A DNA stretch of 64,000 nt, taken from assembly GCA_024276305.1 (NCBI GenBank), contig JAJRXK010000058.1:104692-168691 (forward strand), written 5' to 3'. The first letter of the stretch is position 1; each line of letters opens with the position of its first letter. This document shows, one piece after another, positions 20,214 to 30,806 of the stretch. The DNA is from Candidatus Krumholzibacteriota bacterium. GTDB taxonomy: Bacteria; Krumholzibacteriota; Krumholzibacteriia; JAJRXK01. Position numbers and translations under genes: made by a program. The notes under the pieces were generated by a model. It was not told the origin of the DNA, did not search any database, and worked only from the letters and a program-made list of their open reading frames with translations.

Positions 20214-22460
20214 TCAACTCATCTGGACGCTCTGGCCGAGCAGGGATCCGACCTGGTCGCGGAGTTGACTGAAGTTGTAGGGCTTGCCCAGAAATCCGTC
20301 CATGCCCACCGCCCGACACTTCGCCTGGTCCTCGGGAGTCACGTTGGCCGTGACCGCGCAGATCGGGCAACGGGTCGATCTCCGCGCTTGGACTTCCCGG
20401 ATACGACAGGTGGCTTCGTATCCGTCCATCACCGGCATCTGGAGGTCCATGAGAACGAGGTCGTAATCCTGGGCCTCGTACATCTCCACCCCGACCTTCC
20501 CGTTTTCGGCGATCTCCACCTCGAGACCCATCAACTCCAACATTTTCTCCGCCAGCTTTTGGTTGGGCAGAGCATCTTCGATCACCAGCACCCGTCCACT
20601 CAGCTTCGTGCCGACCTTCGAACCTTCGTTCGGCCCCGAGGCACCGCGGGAGTCTCGACGACCTCCCGCCGTGGAAGCGATGCGCCCGAGCTCGCATTCG
20701 ATGGTGAAGGTCGACCCCTCTCCGGGCGCGCTCCGAACCGAGATCGACCCTCCCATGGCCTCGGTCAGACTTCGGGTGATCGCCAGCCCGAGTCCGGTCC
20801 CTCCATAATTGCGAGTGGTGGACGTCCCTGCCTGGACGAAGGGGTCGAAGAGCGAGGACTGGGCTTCCAGAGGGATTCCGATCCCACTGTCCTCGACTTC
20901 CAATCGGATCTGCGCCCGGTCGTCGCCGCTGGGGCGGCTCGATGCCCGCAGCGTCACGTAGCCCTCTGCCGTGAACTTGATCGCGTTGCCCAGGAGGTTC
21001 ACGAGCATCTGACGGACCCGCGTGGGATCCCCCACGACCTGCCCGACCTCGATGCCCGAGGTCTCGACCCGAAGGTCGATTCCCTTGTTCTCCGCGGTGG
21101 CGCCCAACAGGCGCCCCACATCTGCAGCCAGGGCCGCCAGATCGAATTCCTCGTTTTCCAATTCGAGGCGCCCGGCCTCGATTTTCGAGAAGTCGAGAAT
21201 GTCGTTGATCAAGCTCAGAAGAGCATCGCCCGAACTCGCGATGGTCGCCGCGAACTCTGCCTGCTCCTCGTCGAGATCCGTGCTCCGCAACAGCTCGCTC
21301 ATTCCGAGGACTGCATTCATCGGAGTGCGGATCTCGTGGCTCATGGTGGCGAGGAATTCACTCTTGGCCCGATTCGCCTCCTCGGCCTGCACCCGCGCCC
21401 GGCGCAGCTCGTCTTCCACCAACTTTCGGCTGGTGATGTCACGAACGACGGCGAAGAGTTCGGGCTCCGGGGCAGTCGCCAACACGGTGAGGGTCACTTC
21501 GGCGGGGAAGACGGTTCCGTCCCGGCGAAGGTGGGTCCACTCGAAGCGGTGGTAGCCCCGGCGATAGGCTTCGTCCATCATCGCATTCGCCTTCTCGAAG
21601 GACGACACCCCATCGGGCTGGGTTGGGGGCGAGATGTCTCCCGGATGAATCTCGGCGAAGGATTCGGAATCCGCGTAGCCCAGGATCCGGCAGGCGGCGT
21701 CATTGGCCATGACGAATCGGTTGGCGCGCATCACCCACATCGCATCTTCCGAGGACTCGAAGAGTCTCCGATAGCGTTCTTCCTCCCGCTCGAGGCGGCG
21801 GTGGCTCTGCTCGAGCTGCTGCTCGCGCTCCTCCGCCAGGAATCGCAGGTGGACGTTGTCCATCGCCCCCGCCCGGATCTGACGGCCCAGCATCAGGGCC
21901 ACCAGGGTGAGACCGGCGAAGAAGCCCGCGATGAGCCGGGCCTCGAAGGTCCCCAGGGTCCAGAGCTGGGTCACGAGGGTGATCCCCACCGGGATCAAGT
22001 AGGCGGCCGTCGCAGCCAGAGAAGGGGCGAGCGCAGCCACCACCCCCGAGCTATGAGCCACGAGGAGGCAGGCCAGTACCAATTGGTGGCCCATGGCGAG
22101 GGGTTCGAAGAGCAGACCGACCGCCGCCGCCCACACCACTCCCTGAAGGAGGGATCCCGCCACGAAAGCCCGGAGGCCGAGCACCGGATCCAGCTTTCCG
22201 GCCTCATAGACCGCCCACAGGCCGGTGCGTGCGGCCAAGACTGCGGTCCAGGCGATCAAGGTGGTCTGGAGGGAGGTCGAATCCTGCCACCGAGACAAGA
22301 GGATCGCGCCCACCCCGGCCGCCATCAGGTGCCCCGAGCCCTCGACCCGAAAGGCCCGATAGAGCATCTTCACGCGGTAGCGGAGGAGGGAGGAGGCGGC
22401 ACGATCCGAGGCCCGATCGCGGTCCAAGCTCTGGATTTCGTGCGGGCGCATGGGATCCAT
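20214..22460 (-). CDS. Multi-TM PAS hybrid sensor histidine kinase
   Basis: About 5-6 hydrophobic helices, PAS (ISPPTQPDG...FEWTHLRRDG), [24 protein letters not shown]. Start approximate. Confidence 0.9.
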   Translation of the reverse strand: MDPMRPHEIQSLDRDRASDRAASSLLRYRVKMLYRAFRVEGSGHLMAAGVGAILLSRWQDSTSLQTTLIAWTAVLAARTGLWAVYEAGKLDPVLGLRAFVAGSLLQGVVWAAAVGLLFEPLAMGHQLVLACLLVAHSSGVVAALAPSLAATAAYLIPVGITLVTQLWTLGTFEARLIAGFFAGLTLVALMLGRQIRAGAMDNVHLRFLAEEREQQLEQSHRRLEREEERYRRLFESSEDAMWVMRANRFVMANDAACRILGYADSESFAEIHPGDISPPTQPDGVSSFEKANAMMDEAYRRGYHRFEWTHLRRDGTVFPAEVTLTVLATAPEPELFAVVRDITSRKLVEDELRRARVQAEEANRAKSEFLATMSHEIRTPMNAVLGMSELLRSTDLDEEQAEFAATIASSGDALLSLINDILDFSKIEAGRLELENEEFDLAALAADVGRLLGATAENKGIDLRVETSGIEVGQVVGDPTRVRQMLVNLLGNAIKFTAEGYVTLRASSRPSGDDRAQIRLEVEDSGIGIPLEAQSSLFDPFVQAGTSTTRNYGGTGLGLAITRSLTEAMGGSISVRSAPGEGSTFTIECELGRIASTAGGRRDSRGASGPNEGSKVGTKLSGRVLVIEDALPNQKLAEKMLELMGLEVEIAENGKVGVEMYEAQDYDLVLMDLQMPVMDGYEATCRIREVQARRSTRCPICAVTANVTPEDQAKCRAVGMDGFLGKPYNFSQLRDQVGSLLGQSVQMS

Positions 22461-22582
22461 GGGGTCGTGGGATGGCTTCAGGGGTGGTCTCGGAAGATAT
22501 CGGCTCTCTACCGCCCCCTCTTGAGCCTTTCTTCCTCCTCCACCCATCCGCTCCTGCGCCGTCGACCCGTCCTCGATCGACC

Positions 22583-22608
22583 TGTAACCTCAGTCCACCT
22601 ACCTCGTT
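22583..22608 (+). promoter_or_regulatory. ECF sigma-type promoter (TGTAAC-N16-CGTT), probably autoregulatory
   Basis: TGTAAC 22583-22588 and CGTT 22605-22608, 34 bp before the ECF start codon; fits the general ECF AAC/CGT architecture. Confidence 0.7.
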
Positions 22609-22642
22609 TCTATGGAGAAACCTGAGAACGACGGACGGACGC

Positions 22643-23212
22643 ATGGATCGCCAGACCTTCGACAAGCTCCTCCGGGAGCACCAGGACGCGATCCACGCCT
22701 ATGCCCGGTCGTTGACGAAGCATCGGGAGGACGCCGAGGACGTGGTGCAGGAGTGCTTCCTGCGACTCTGGCGATCTCGCGAGGAAATCGAGGTCGATTC
22801 CGCCCGCTATTGGTTGCTCCGCGTCTGCCGCAACCTCTGCCTCGACCGACACCGACGAAAGCAGGTCCGAGATCGGGCCCGCGACCATTCGGAGCGTGCC
22901 GTCGTCGGCATCGAGACCGTAGAGGACGACGGGCGGGAACGAAGCCTCGAGGTCTCGGACCTCGGCGGCGGTGCGCTTCGAACCGAACGGAACCTGGACA
23001 TCGAGCGGTTGGTCCAGGCCATCTACGAACTCCCGGAGCCGCATCGGTCAATCATGATTCTTCGCGAAATCCAGAACCTGGCCTACGAAGAGATCGCCGA
23101 GACGCTGGAGATCTCCCTATCGGCCGTGAAGGTCTACCTCCACCGAGCCCGAAAGAAGCTGCGGGTCGCCTTTGCCGATCTGAATCCGGACGAGAGAGGA
23201 GCGAGCGCATGA
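22643..23212 (+). CDS. ECF RNA polymerase sigma factor
   Basis: DAEDVVQECFLRLW, WLLRVCRNLCLD, LPEPHRSIMILRE, YEEIAETLEISLSAVKVYLHRARKKL. Confidence 0.94.
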   Translation: MDRQTFDKLLREHQDAIHAYARSLTKHREDAEDVVQECFLRLWRSREEIEVDSARYWLLRVCRNLCLDRHRRKQVRDRARDHSERAVVGIETVEDDGRERSLEVSDLGGGALRTERNLDIERLVQAIYELPEPHRSIMILREIQNLAYEEIAETLEISLSAVKVYLHRARKKLRVAFADLNPDERGASA

Positions 23213-23970
23213 CTTCTCGACGCGAAGATCGCTCTTCCAAAGCGGGTTTCGAGCGGAGCCTGTTGAGCCCCGCCGAAGTCGCCATGATCGCCTGGGCCGA
23301 CACCATCGATGCGGCCATTCGGGGTCAACTCCGAGGTGAGGACCTCGACCGATTCCACCGCGAAGTCGACCGCGATCCCGCCCTCCGTGAAGCTTATGAC
23401 GAGGCGAAAGCAAGTTGGACCCTGAGCTCGCAGATCCCGATGGAGGGCTGTCCCACTCATCTGCACGACGCCATCAGCAGCCTCGTCGACGCCGAATGCA
23501 TTCCGAACCATGATTTCCCGACTTCCCGCCCCCTTCGTACTCCCGCTCCCCGCGGCCGCCGTGAATCGTTGCTCCAAGTGGGCGGCCTCGTAGCGGCAGC
23601 GCTGGCTCTGGTGGCCATCCTGCTCCCGAATCAGCTCCTCGTGACTCACGAGTCGCCACCCTCGGACGGCCTGACCGCGGAGTACAGCGACGCTGAGCTT
23701 CGCGCAGCTCTCGACGAGATGCGCACCGCCATGGCCATGATCTCCGGCGCCATGGACGGAACGGCTGAGGTGTTGCGGAGCGAGATGCACTCCGAAGTGA
23801 GCGAACGTCTGCGGGGCCCTCTCGAGGATGGCCTTCGTCGAAGCGTCCGTTCGATCCCTTACCTGATCCCAGACTCAGGGAATGACCAGCATTCCAGGAA
23901 TCTATCCCCGCCCCGGAAGAAGTCCGAGGTTCTGGAGATGGTGAACGCCCTGGAAAGGACCAAGACATGA
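23209..23970 (+). CDS. Probable transmembrane anti-sigma factor
   Basis: ATGA overlap with the ECF gene; soluble N-terminus, one TM helix (VGGLVAAALALVAILL), helical C-terminus. Confidence 0.7.
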   Translation: MTSRREDRSSKAGFERSLLSPAEVAMIAWADTIDAAIRGQLRGEDLDRFHREVDRDPALREAYDEAKASWTLSSQIPMEGCPTHLHDAISSLVDAECIPNHDFPTSRPLRTPAPRGRRESLLQVGGLVAAALALVAILLPNQLLVTHESPPSDGLTAEYSDAELRAALDEMRTAMAMISGAMDGTAEVLRSEMHSEVSERLRGPLEDGLRRSVRSIPYLIPDSGNDQHSRNLSPPRKKSEVLEMVNALERTKT

Positions 23971-24614
23971 ATCGCAACCACTCGAGAATCACGGCCGCCG
24001 CGGTGCTGGTGGTCGTCTTCGCCCTCGGCGCCCTCGCCTCGCCCGCGATGGCAGGAAAACGCCTCTCCGACAAGGCCTTGCGAGCTCTTCCGGGCTACGT
24101 CGACTTCGGCGACGTCTGGAAGTTTTCGGACGGCAATGAGGAGGTCGAGGTCGAGCTCAAACAACCCCTGCTCGGCGCTTTTGCGCCCTTCCTCCGCGGC
24201 GACGACCCTGATCTCGCCAATCTCATCCTGGATCTGCAGCTGGTGAAGGTGAATGCCTTCAGCTTCGATCCCGATGATCAAAAGTCGGTGATCGGCGTCA
24301 TGCGGGACACCTCGAGCGCGCTGCGCGACGATGGCTGGGACAACGTGGTCAAGGTGCGCGGAGAAGACGAGAACGTGAATGTCTTCGTCCGCATCGAAGG
24401 CGACGGGGAGGATGATCAGACCTTCCTCTCGGGGCTCGCGGTACTCTACGTGGGGGACGACGACGAGGCGGCCTTCGTGAACGTGGTGGGACGGTTCCGG
24501 ATGGAGGACATCGCGCGCCTGAGCGAGCAATTCGATCTCCCCCACTCCCAGGACTGGGGCGACCTCCAAGACGAGATGCGCAAGCACGACCAACGGCGCG
24601 AGGCGGACAACTGA
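23967..24614 (+). CDS. Exported DUF4252-like protein
   Basis: Signal peptide; PGYVDF...GWDNVVKVR...ENVNVF...GLAVL...EAAFVNVVG pattern; third gene of the ECF unit (ATGA overlap). Confidence 0.72.
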   Translation: MNRNHSRITAAAVLVVVFALGALASPAMAGKRLSDKALRALPGYVDFGDVWKFSDGNEEVEVELKQPLLGAFAPFLRGDDPDLANLILDLQLVKVNAFSFDPDDQKSVIGVMRDTSSALRDDGWDNVVKVRGEDENVNVFVRIEGDGEDDQTFLSGLAVLYVGDDDEAAFVNVVGRFRMEDIARLSEQFDLPHSQDWGDLQDEMRKHDQRREADN

Positions 24615-24647
24615 TCGATCCCTCCGCCTCGAATCTCCCAACACGAC

Positions 24648-24674
24648 GGGGGGCGCAGCTTGCGCCCCCCTCTT
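24648..24674 (+). terminator. Intrinsic terminator-like hairpin
   Basis: GGGGGGCGCA-gct-TGCGCCCCCC followed by TCTT, just after the ECF operon. Confidence 0.65.
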
Positions 24675-24714
24675 GCATTGGCCCTCCCGGGGTCGGATCG
24701 ACCCCCCTGCGGTT

Positions 24715-24758
24715 TTTCACCCGAAGTTCTTCTGGTCTTCATCGAATCTTTAAACGGG
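24715..24758 (+). promoter_or_regulatory. Candidate PHO box (four 11-bp direct-repeat units)
   Basis: TTTCACCCGAA / GTTCTTCTGGT / CTTCATCGAAT / CTTTAAACGGG in 11-bp register upstream of phoR. Confidence 0.5.
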
Positions 24759-24822
24759 TTGCTTATTTCCTGGGGGCCCGGGGAGCGATTCCCCACATCC
24801 CATCCTCGGACCCGAGGGCACC

Positions 24823-26640
24823 TTGTTCTCACCGCGATTCTACTGGCGATACTACCTGAGCTACGCTGCGCTGCTGGCGGTGGTCACGCTCGGCGTCGCG
24901 GCCCTGGGGTCGGCGAGTGTCGAGCGCAACGCCCGCCGCGAGCTCGGCCGCTCGTTGGAGATGCAGGCGAGTCTCCTGCGGGAGGTGGCCGCGCCCGTGG
25001 TGGCTCGGAGCCACCGCTTCCCTGCCCGCAGGGACTCGCTCTCCGCGGTTCTCCAAGCCCGGCTCGTCCTCCTGGCGGCGAAGCGCCCGGCACGCTTCAC
25101 CATCATCGAAGCCGATGGCCGGGTCCTCGCCGACTCCGACCACGACCCCCGTTCGATGGACGACCATTCCGAGCGGCCGGAGATCGTCCAGGCCAGGGTG
25201 GAGGGTTCGGGGAGCAGCGAACGCTTCAGTCACACCCTCGGCGAAAGGCTCATGTACGTAGCCCTCAGCCTCCGCGACGACCGAGGTGAAGTTCTGGGCT
25301 TTGCCCGTGCCTCCTATCCCCTCCGCTCCATGGAAGAAGAACTGGCGCGCTTGCGATCCGCCGTCCTCCGCGGCGCGGTCCTGGCGGTGGCCCTCGCCCT
25401 CGGGGTGGGGTGGCTGTTCACGCGGCGGCTCACCCGTCCCCTGCGCGAGATCGCAGTGGCAGTCAGCGCAATCCGGTCGGGCAACTACCGTCATCGCCTC
25501 CTCATCGAAGACGACGGCGCCGTCGGCGACCTCGCGCGAGCCTTCAACGCCATGGAAGAGCAGATCGAGGAACACCTCCGCACCATCGAAAACGATCGCC
25601 AGAAGGTCTTCGCCATCCTCGAGGCCATGCCCGACGGAGTGGTAGCCGTGGACTCTCAGCAGCGGATCCTCCACCTCAACCGGGCCGGTGCCCAGGCCTT
25701 CGAAACCGACGCGGCCGACGCCGAAGGCCAACGCCTGTGGGAAGTCGTGCGATCTTCGGAGATCCAAAGCATTCTGGACCGAACCCTCGAGAGCGGCACC
25801 AGCCAATCCCTCGAGGCCCGCCTCCACCTCGGGGGAGCCTCCCGAGTCTTCGACTTGCGAACCATCGCCCTCCGCGATGCCCATCGGCAGGTCGAAGGAG
25901 CGGTCCTAGTACTCCAAGACCTCTCCCGCCTGCGTCGTCTCGAGGGAATGCGCAGCGACTTCGTGAGCAATGTCTCGCACGAACTCAAGACTCCGCTCAC
26001 GGCCCTGCGCGGTCTCATCGAAAGCATCCTGAATGATCCCCAGATGGACCGCGAGGTTCTGAATGGCTTCGCGGGCCGAATGCACGTGCAGACCACTCGT
26101 CTCAACACCCTGATCGGCGATCTGCTCAACCTCTCCCGGCTCGAGCGCGACGACGCGCCCCTCGACCGCCACCCCATCGATCTATGCCACGCCGCCCATC
26201 ACTCGATCTCTCAGCTCCAGGAGTCGATCACCGCCAAAGAGCTCGAGGTGAGGATCGAAACCACCGATGCCGAAATCCTCATCGAAGCCGACGAGGAGTC
26301 ACTCCACCAGATCTACGACAATCTCCTCACCAATGCGATTCGCTACACGCCCGAAGGAGGCTGGATCCAAGTCCGGATACGACGTCTGGAGAATCTGGAT
26401 CAGGCCCTGCTCGAAATCGAGGACTCCGGCATCGGCATCGAGTCGCGTCATCATCAGCGCATCTTCGAGCGCTTTTACCGGGTCGACAAGGCGCGTTCAC
26501 GGGAGGCGGGGGGGACCGGATTGGGCCTCTCCATCGTCAAGCACGTGGTCGCACGCCTCGACGGCCAAATCCAGCTCGAAAGTGTTCCCGGCCAAGGGAG
26601 TTGCTTTCGAGTCACCTTCCATCTCTCCAGGAGATCCTGA
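24823..26640 (+). CDS. phoR: Phosphate regulon sensor kinase PhoR (HAMP-PAS-HisKA-HATPase)
   Basis: MDDHSERPEI, DFVSNVSHELKTPL, RIFERFYRVDKARSREAGGTGLGLSIVKH; heads the pst operon; TTG start. Confidence 0.9.
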   Translation: MFSPRFYWRYYLSYAALLAVVTLGVAALGSASVERNARRELGRSLEMQASLLREVAAPVVARSHRFPARRDSLSAVLQARLVLLAAKRPARFTIIEADGRVLADSDHDPRSMDDHSERPEIVQARVEGSGSSERFSHTLGERLMYVALSLRDDRGEVLGFARASYPLRSMEEELARLRSAVLRGAVLAVALALGVGWLFTRRLTRPLREIAVAVSAIRSGNYRHRLLIEDDGAVGDLARAFNAMEEQIEEHLRTIENDRQKVFAILEAMPDGVVAVDSQQRILHLNRAGAQAFETDAADAEGQRLWEVVRSSEIQSILDRTLESGTSQSLEARLHLGGASRVFDLRTIALRDAHRQVEGAVLVLQDLSRLRRLEGMRSDFVSNVSHELKTPLTALRGLIESILNDPQMDREVLNGFAGRMHVQTTRLNTLIGDLLNLSRLERDDAPLDRHPIDLCHAAHHSISQLQESITAKELEVRIETTDAEILIEADEESLHQIYDNLLTNAIRYTPEGGWIQVRIRRLENLDQALLEIEDSGIGIESRHHQRIFERFYRVDKARSREAGGTGLGLSIVKHVVARLDGQIQLESVPGQGSCFRVTFHLSRRS

Positions 26641-26642
26641 CC

Positions 26643-27878
26643 ATGTTCCGATGCTCTGTGCACCGTGGAGTGCGGGTCGCCGCATTCGCTCTGCTTCTCT
26701 CGGGATTCGCCGTGACCCTCGCGCCGAGTCCTTCCCTTGCCGAGGACCTCAACCTGAGCTTTCACCACGGACTTCGCATGCAGTCCGAGGATGGTGCCTT
26801 CCGTTTCAAGATGGGCGGACGGATCTTCTTCGACTGGGTCTATTTCGACGAAAACGACGACTACCTTCGTACCATGGCTCCGGTGGAAGACGGCGAGGAG
26901 TTCCGCACCACCCGTATCTACACCTCGGGCACGATCTACGAGAATGTGGAGTTCAAGGCCCAATACGACTTCTTCAAGGGGAGCGCCACCTTCAAGGACG
27001 TCTATGTCGGGCTCAAGTCGATTCCCGGCCTGGGGATCGGTTTTCGTGCCGGTCACTTCAAGCAGCCCTTCGGCATGAGCGAACTCACGAGCAGCAAGTA
27101 CATCTGGTTCATGGAGCGACCGACCACCATGGCCTTCGCTCCGGGCCGCAAGTCCGGACTCATGCTCCACGACTCCTTCGCCGCCAAGCACGGGAGTTGG
27201 GCCGTGAGCCTCTACCGAAACAGCAACGCCCAGGGAAAGGCTCAGGATGACGGGGAGTTCAACGCCGCCGCGCGGCTGACCTTCGCAGCCTGGGAGGACG
27301 AGAACGGTAACGTCGTGCACCTCGGGGCCTCGGCCACCCGTCGCAGCGACACCACGAATATGGCGACCTTCAAGCTCCACCCCGAAGCCCATCTGGCCAA
27401 GACCTTCGACTCGGTCGACGTTCCGGCCGAGAGCTGGGACATGCTCGACGTGGAATTCGCGGCGGTGGTGGACCGGTTCTCCGTGCAGAGCGAATACCTC
27501 ACCGCGATGACCTCCGCGCCCACCGGCTCCGAAGACGCCACTTTCCAGAGCTACTACGCCCAGGGCAGCGTATTCCTCACCGGAGAGCACCGGCCCTACA
27601 AGAAGAGTGCGGGCACCTTTTCGAGGGTCTCTCCCCAGGAGAATGCCACCGCCGAAGGCGGAAGTGGTGCCGTCGAGCTCCTTGCCCGCTACAGCCACAC
27701 CGACCTCCAGGACTCAGGCTACGATGCGGGGACCCTCGATGGGCTCAGCTTCGGCTTGAACTGGTACATGAACCCCAACTCGCGCATCATGGTGAACGTC
27801 GTCCGATCCGACGGAGACACCCCCGCCGTCCGCGGCGTCGTCACCGCCTTCATGTCGCGCTTCCAAGTCGACTTCTAG
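26643..27878 (+). CDS. Phosphate-selective porin (OprO/OprP family)
   Basis: Signal peptide, GHFKQPFGMSELTSSKYIWFMER, LTGEHRPY, GLNWY, C-terminal Phe; inside the pst operon. Confidence 0.88.
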   Translation: MFRCSVHRGVRVAAFALLLSGFAVTLAPSPSLAEDLNLSFHHGLRMQSEDGAFRFKMGGRIFFDWVYFDENDDYLRTMAPVEDGEEFRTTRIYTSGTIYENVEFKAQYDFFKGSATFKDVYVGLKSIPGLGIGFRAGHFKQPFGMSELTSSKYIWFMERPTTMAFAPGRKSGLMLHDSFAAKHGSWAVSLYRNSNAQGKAQDDGEFNAAARLTFAAWEDENGNVVHLGASATRRSDTTNMATFKLHPEAHLAKTFDSVDVPAESWDMLDVEFAAVVDRFSVQSEYLTAMTSAPTGSEDATFQSYYAQGSVFLTGEHRPYKKSAGTFSRVSPQENATAEGGSGAVELLARYSHTDLQDSGYDAGTLDGLSFGLNWYMNPNSRIMVNVVRSDGDTPAVRGVVTAFMSRFQVDF

Positions 27879-27897
27879 TCCCAACAAGGAGATTCTG

Positions 27898-28899
27898 ATG
27901 AAACGATTCCTAGGAACTTGCGCCATGATCAGCGCCATTGCGCTCGCCGGCTGTGGCGGAGGCGCGCAAGAGCAGAACACGTCCTCGAAGTCCCTCGAGG
28001 GCAGGATCGCCATCGACGGATCGAGCACCGTTTACCCCATTTCCGAAGCGGTGACCGAAGAGTTTCGCGCCGAACATCCGAGGGTGCGCGTCACCATCGG
28101 CATTTCGGGGACCGGGGGCGGTTTCAAGAAGTTCACCACCGGAGGCACGGACATCAGCGATGCCTCCCGGCCGATCAAGGGAAAAGAACACCAGAAGGCC
28201 GTGGAGAACGGAATCGAGTACATCGAGCTGCCAGTGGCCTTCGACGGTCTCTCGGTGGTGGTCAACCCGAAGAATGACTTCGTGGACCACCTCAGTACCG
28301 AGGAACTCCACCGCATCTGGCAGCCCGGAAGCGCGGTCCGAACCTGGCGGGACGTGCGGGCGGAGTGGCCAGATCATCCGATCAAGCTCTATGGACCGGG
28401 TACGGACTCGGGGACCTTCGACTACTTCACCGAGGCCATCAACGGCAAGGCGCAGGCCTGTCGCTCCGACTTCACGGCCAGCGAGGACGACAATGTTCTC
28501 GTAGCGGGGGTGGCCGGAGACATCGACGCCCTGGGCTTCTTCGGCTTCGCCTACTACATCGAGAACAAGGATCGACTCCGGGTAGTTCCCATCGACGGAG
28601 GCCGGGGTCCGGTCGCGCCATCCACCCGAACCATCAATGACGGCAGCTATTCCCCTCTCTCGCGGCCTCTCTTCATCTACGTGGCCAAGGCCGGACTGGA
28701 GAAGCCCCAGGTGAAGGCCTTCGTGGACTTCTATCTGGCCAATGCCGCGGCCCTCGCCGGAGAGGTCGGATACGTGGCCCTGCCGAGTCGAGCCTACGAC
28801 CTCGATCGCCAACGGGTGGCCCAGAGGGTCACAGGTTCAGTATTCTCCGGCAAGAACACGGTCGGACTCGATATCGCGGAACTGCTGGCTCTGGAGTAA
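27898..28899 (+). CDS. pstS: Phosphate ABC transporter substrate-binding lipoprotein
   Basis: LAGC lipobox, IDGSSTVYP, SGTGGGFKKF, DSGTFDYF, YSPLSRPLFIY. Confidence 0.95.
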   Translation: MKRFLGTCAMISAIALAGCGGGAQEQNTSSKSLEGRIAIDGSSTVYPISEAVTEEFRAEHPRVRVTIGISGTGGGFKKFTTGGTDISDASRPIKGKEHQKAVENGIEYIELPVAFDGLSVVVNPKNDFVDHLSTEELHRIWQPGSAVRTWRDVRAEWPDHPIKLYGPGTDSGTFDYFTEAINGKAQACRSDFTASEDDNVLVAGVAGDIDALGFFGFAYYIENKDRLRVVPIDGGRGPVAPSTRTINDGSYSPLSRPLFIYVAKAGLEKPQVKAFVDFYLANAAALAGEVGYVALPSRAYDLDRQRVAQRVTGSVFSGKNTVGLDIAELLALE

Positions 28900-28917
28900 G
28901 CTTCCTGCGCTCTTGGG

Positions 28918-28951
28918 GGTGGCCGGCGCCGGATCAGGGACGGCGGCCACC
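28918..28951 (+). other. Stem-loop between pstS and pstC
   Basis: GGTGGCCG (28918-28925) ... CGGCCACC (28944-28951); placed where a pstS mRNA-stabilising structure would sit. Confidence 0.45.
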
Positions 28952-28989
28952 TCGAACGCCCCACCCTCCCGAATTGGCGGAGAGTTCCC

Positions 28990-29931
28990 ATGCAAGAGAT
29001 CGCTTCGGCCCCGTCTCTCGAGACGATCCGCGCCGGACTGCGCAAGCGCCGCCTCCGCGATTGGCGGGAGAGCGGGGTGGGGAGCCTGCTGCTGGTCTGC
29101 GCCCTCGTCTCGGTCCTCACCACCATCGGAGTGATCGCGGTTCTGAGCGTGGAGACCTTCAGCTTCTTCCGCGAGGTCTCGGTCGCCGACTTCCTCTTCG
29201 GGACCCGATGGACTCCACTCCTCGAACCGCGTTCCTTCGGAGTGCTGCCACTCCTCGGAGGCACCCTCCTCATCGTGGCTGGATCTTCTCTCGTCGCCAT
29301 CCCCCTCGGTCTGGGGAGTGCGCTCTACCTGAGCGAGTATTCTTCGGCCCGCACCCGGAATCTGCTCAAGCCGATTCTCGAGGTGTTGGCCGGGATTCCC
29401 ACCGTGGTCTACGGCTACTTCGCCCTCACCTTCGTGACCCCGATCCTACAGCGTGTGCTTCCCCAAACTCAGGTCTTCAATGCGGCGAGTGGCACCATCG
29501 TCGTGGGGATCATGATCCTGCCCATGGTGGCATCGCTCTGCGATGACGCCTTTCGAGCGGTGCCCAGCACCCTCCGTCACGGGGGCTACGCGCTGGGGGC
29601 GACCCGCCGCGAAGTCTCGCTCCAAGTCGTCCTGCCGTCGGCGCTCTCCGGGGTTCTAGCCTCGTTCATCCTGGCCGCATCCCGTGCCATCGGCGAGACC
29701 ATGGCCGTCACCCTGGCCGCCGGAGCCACCCCCAATCTGACCCTCAATCCCCTCGAGAGCATCCAGACCATGACCGCCTATATCGTGCAGGTCAGCCTCG
29801 GAGACACCCCCCAGGGGACCATCGAGTACAAGACCATCTTCGCGGTGGGATCGCTGCTCTTCCTCATCACCCTCGCCATGAATCTCCTGGGGCATCGAAT
29901 CCTGCGCCGCTTCCAGGAGGTCTACGAGTGA
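28990..29931 (+). CDS. pstC: Phosphate ABC transporter permease
   Basis: [29 protein letters not shown]. Confidence 0.95.
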   Translation: MQEIASAPSLETIRAGLRKRRLRDWRESGVGSLLLVCALVSVLTTIGVIAVLSVETFSFFREVSVADFLFGTRWTPLLEPRSFGVLPLLGGTLLIVAGSSLVAIPLGLGSALYLSEYSSARTRNLLKPILEVLAGIPTVVYGYFALTFVTPILQRVLPQTQVFNAASGTIVVGIMILPMVASLCDDAFRAVPSTLRHGGYALGATRREVSLQVVLPSALSGVLASFILAASRAIGETMAVTLAAGATPNLTLNPLESIQTMTAYIVQVSLGDTPQGTIEYKTIFAVGSLLFLITLAMNLLGHRILRRFQEVYE

Positions 29932-30806
29932 ACGCGCTCTCCGGAGACAGTCCGGGCCTGCAGCGGCGACGCCGGATGGACCGAGCCTTCCGCGTCCTCT
30001 GCACCACCATGGCCTGGACCAGTGTGCTCATTCTCGCCATTCTACTCCTGGACATCATCCGCAATGGAACGCAGTGGCTCGACCTCCAGTTCCTGCAGAG
30101 TTTTTCCTCGCGATTCGCACACAAAGCCGGCATCTACGCCGCCTTGGTCGGGAGCGTGTGGCTCGTGGGCCTGACCGCGGTCATGGCCATCCCGGTCGGT
30201 GTCGCCACCGCCGTGTACCTGGAAGAATACTCGCCGAAGAACCGGCTCAGCCGGTTCATCGAAGTGAATATCGCCAATCTGGCCGGGGTGCCTTCCATCG
30301 TTTACGGAATGTTGGGGCTGGCGATTTTCGTGCGAGCCTTCGGCTTCGGTCACAGCATCCTCGCCGGCGCGGCGACCCTCAGCCTGCTGATCCTGCCAGT
30401 GATCATCATCGCGTCGAGAGAGGCCATTCGGGCGGTGCCCCAGTCCCTGCGCCATGGTTCCTACGCGCTGGGCGCCACGCAGTGGCAGACCATTCGAGCT
30501 CACGTTCTCCCGGTGGCCACTCCCGGAATCATCACCGGAGTCATTCTTTCCCTCTCGCGGGCGATCGGAGAAACGGCTCCCCTGGTCATCGTGGGGGCGG
30601 CCACCTACGTGGCCTTCCTGCCCGAGGGCCCCCTGGACAACTTCACTGCGCTGCCCATTCAGATCTTCAACTGGGCCGCCAGGCCTCAGCCGGACTTCCA
30701 CGACCTGGCCGCGGCCGGAATCATCGTTCTGCTCGCAGTGCTCTTCGTGATGAACGGCACTGCGGCCCTGATCCGATTTCGCACCCAGAGGAACCGACCA
30801 TGGTAG
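29928..30806 (+). CDS. pstA: Phosphate ABC transporter permease
   Basis: [27 protein letters not shown]. Confidence 0.95.
   Translation: MNALSGDSPGLQRRRRMDRAFRVLCTTMAWTSVLILAILLLDIIRNGTQWLDLQFLQSFSSRFAHKAGIYAALVGSVWLVGLTAVMAIPVGVATAVYLEEYSPKNRLSRFIEVNIANLAGVPSIVYGMLGLAIFVRAFGFGHSILAGAATLSLLILPVIIIASREAIRAVPQSLRHGSYALGATQWQTIRAHVLPVATPGIITGVILSLSRAIGETAPLVIVGAATYVAFLPEGPLDNFTALPIQIFNWAARPQPDFHDLAAAGIIVLLAVLFVMNGTAALIRFRTQRNRPW

Noticed and set aside
20046-22625. 859-aa plus-strand ORF (likewise 6992..9310, 33598..35901, 50149..52281, 61102..62100)
   Set aside because: Antisense shadows of better-supported genes on the other strand.
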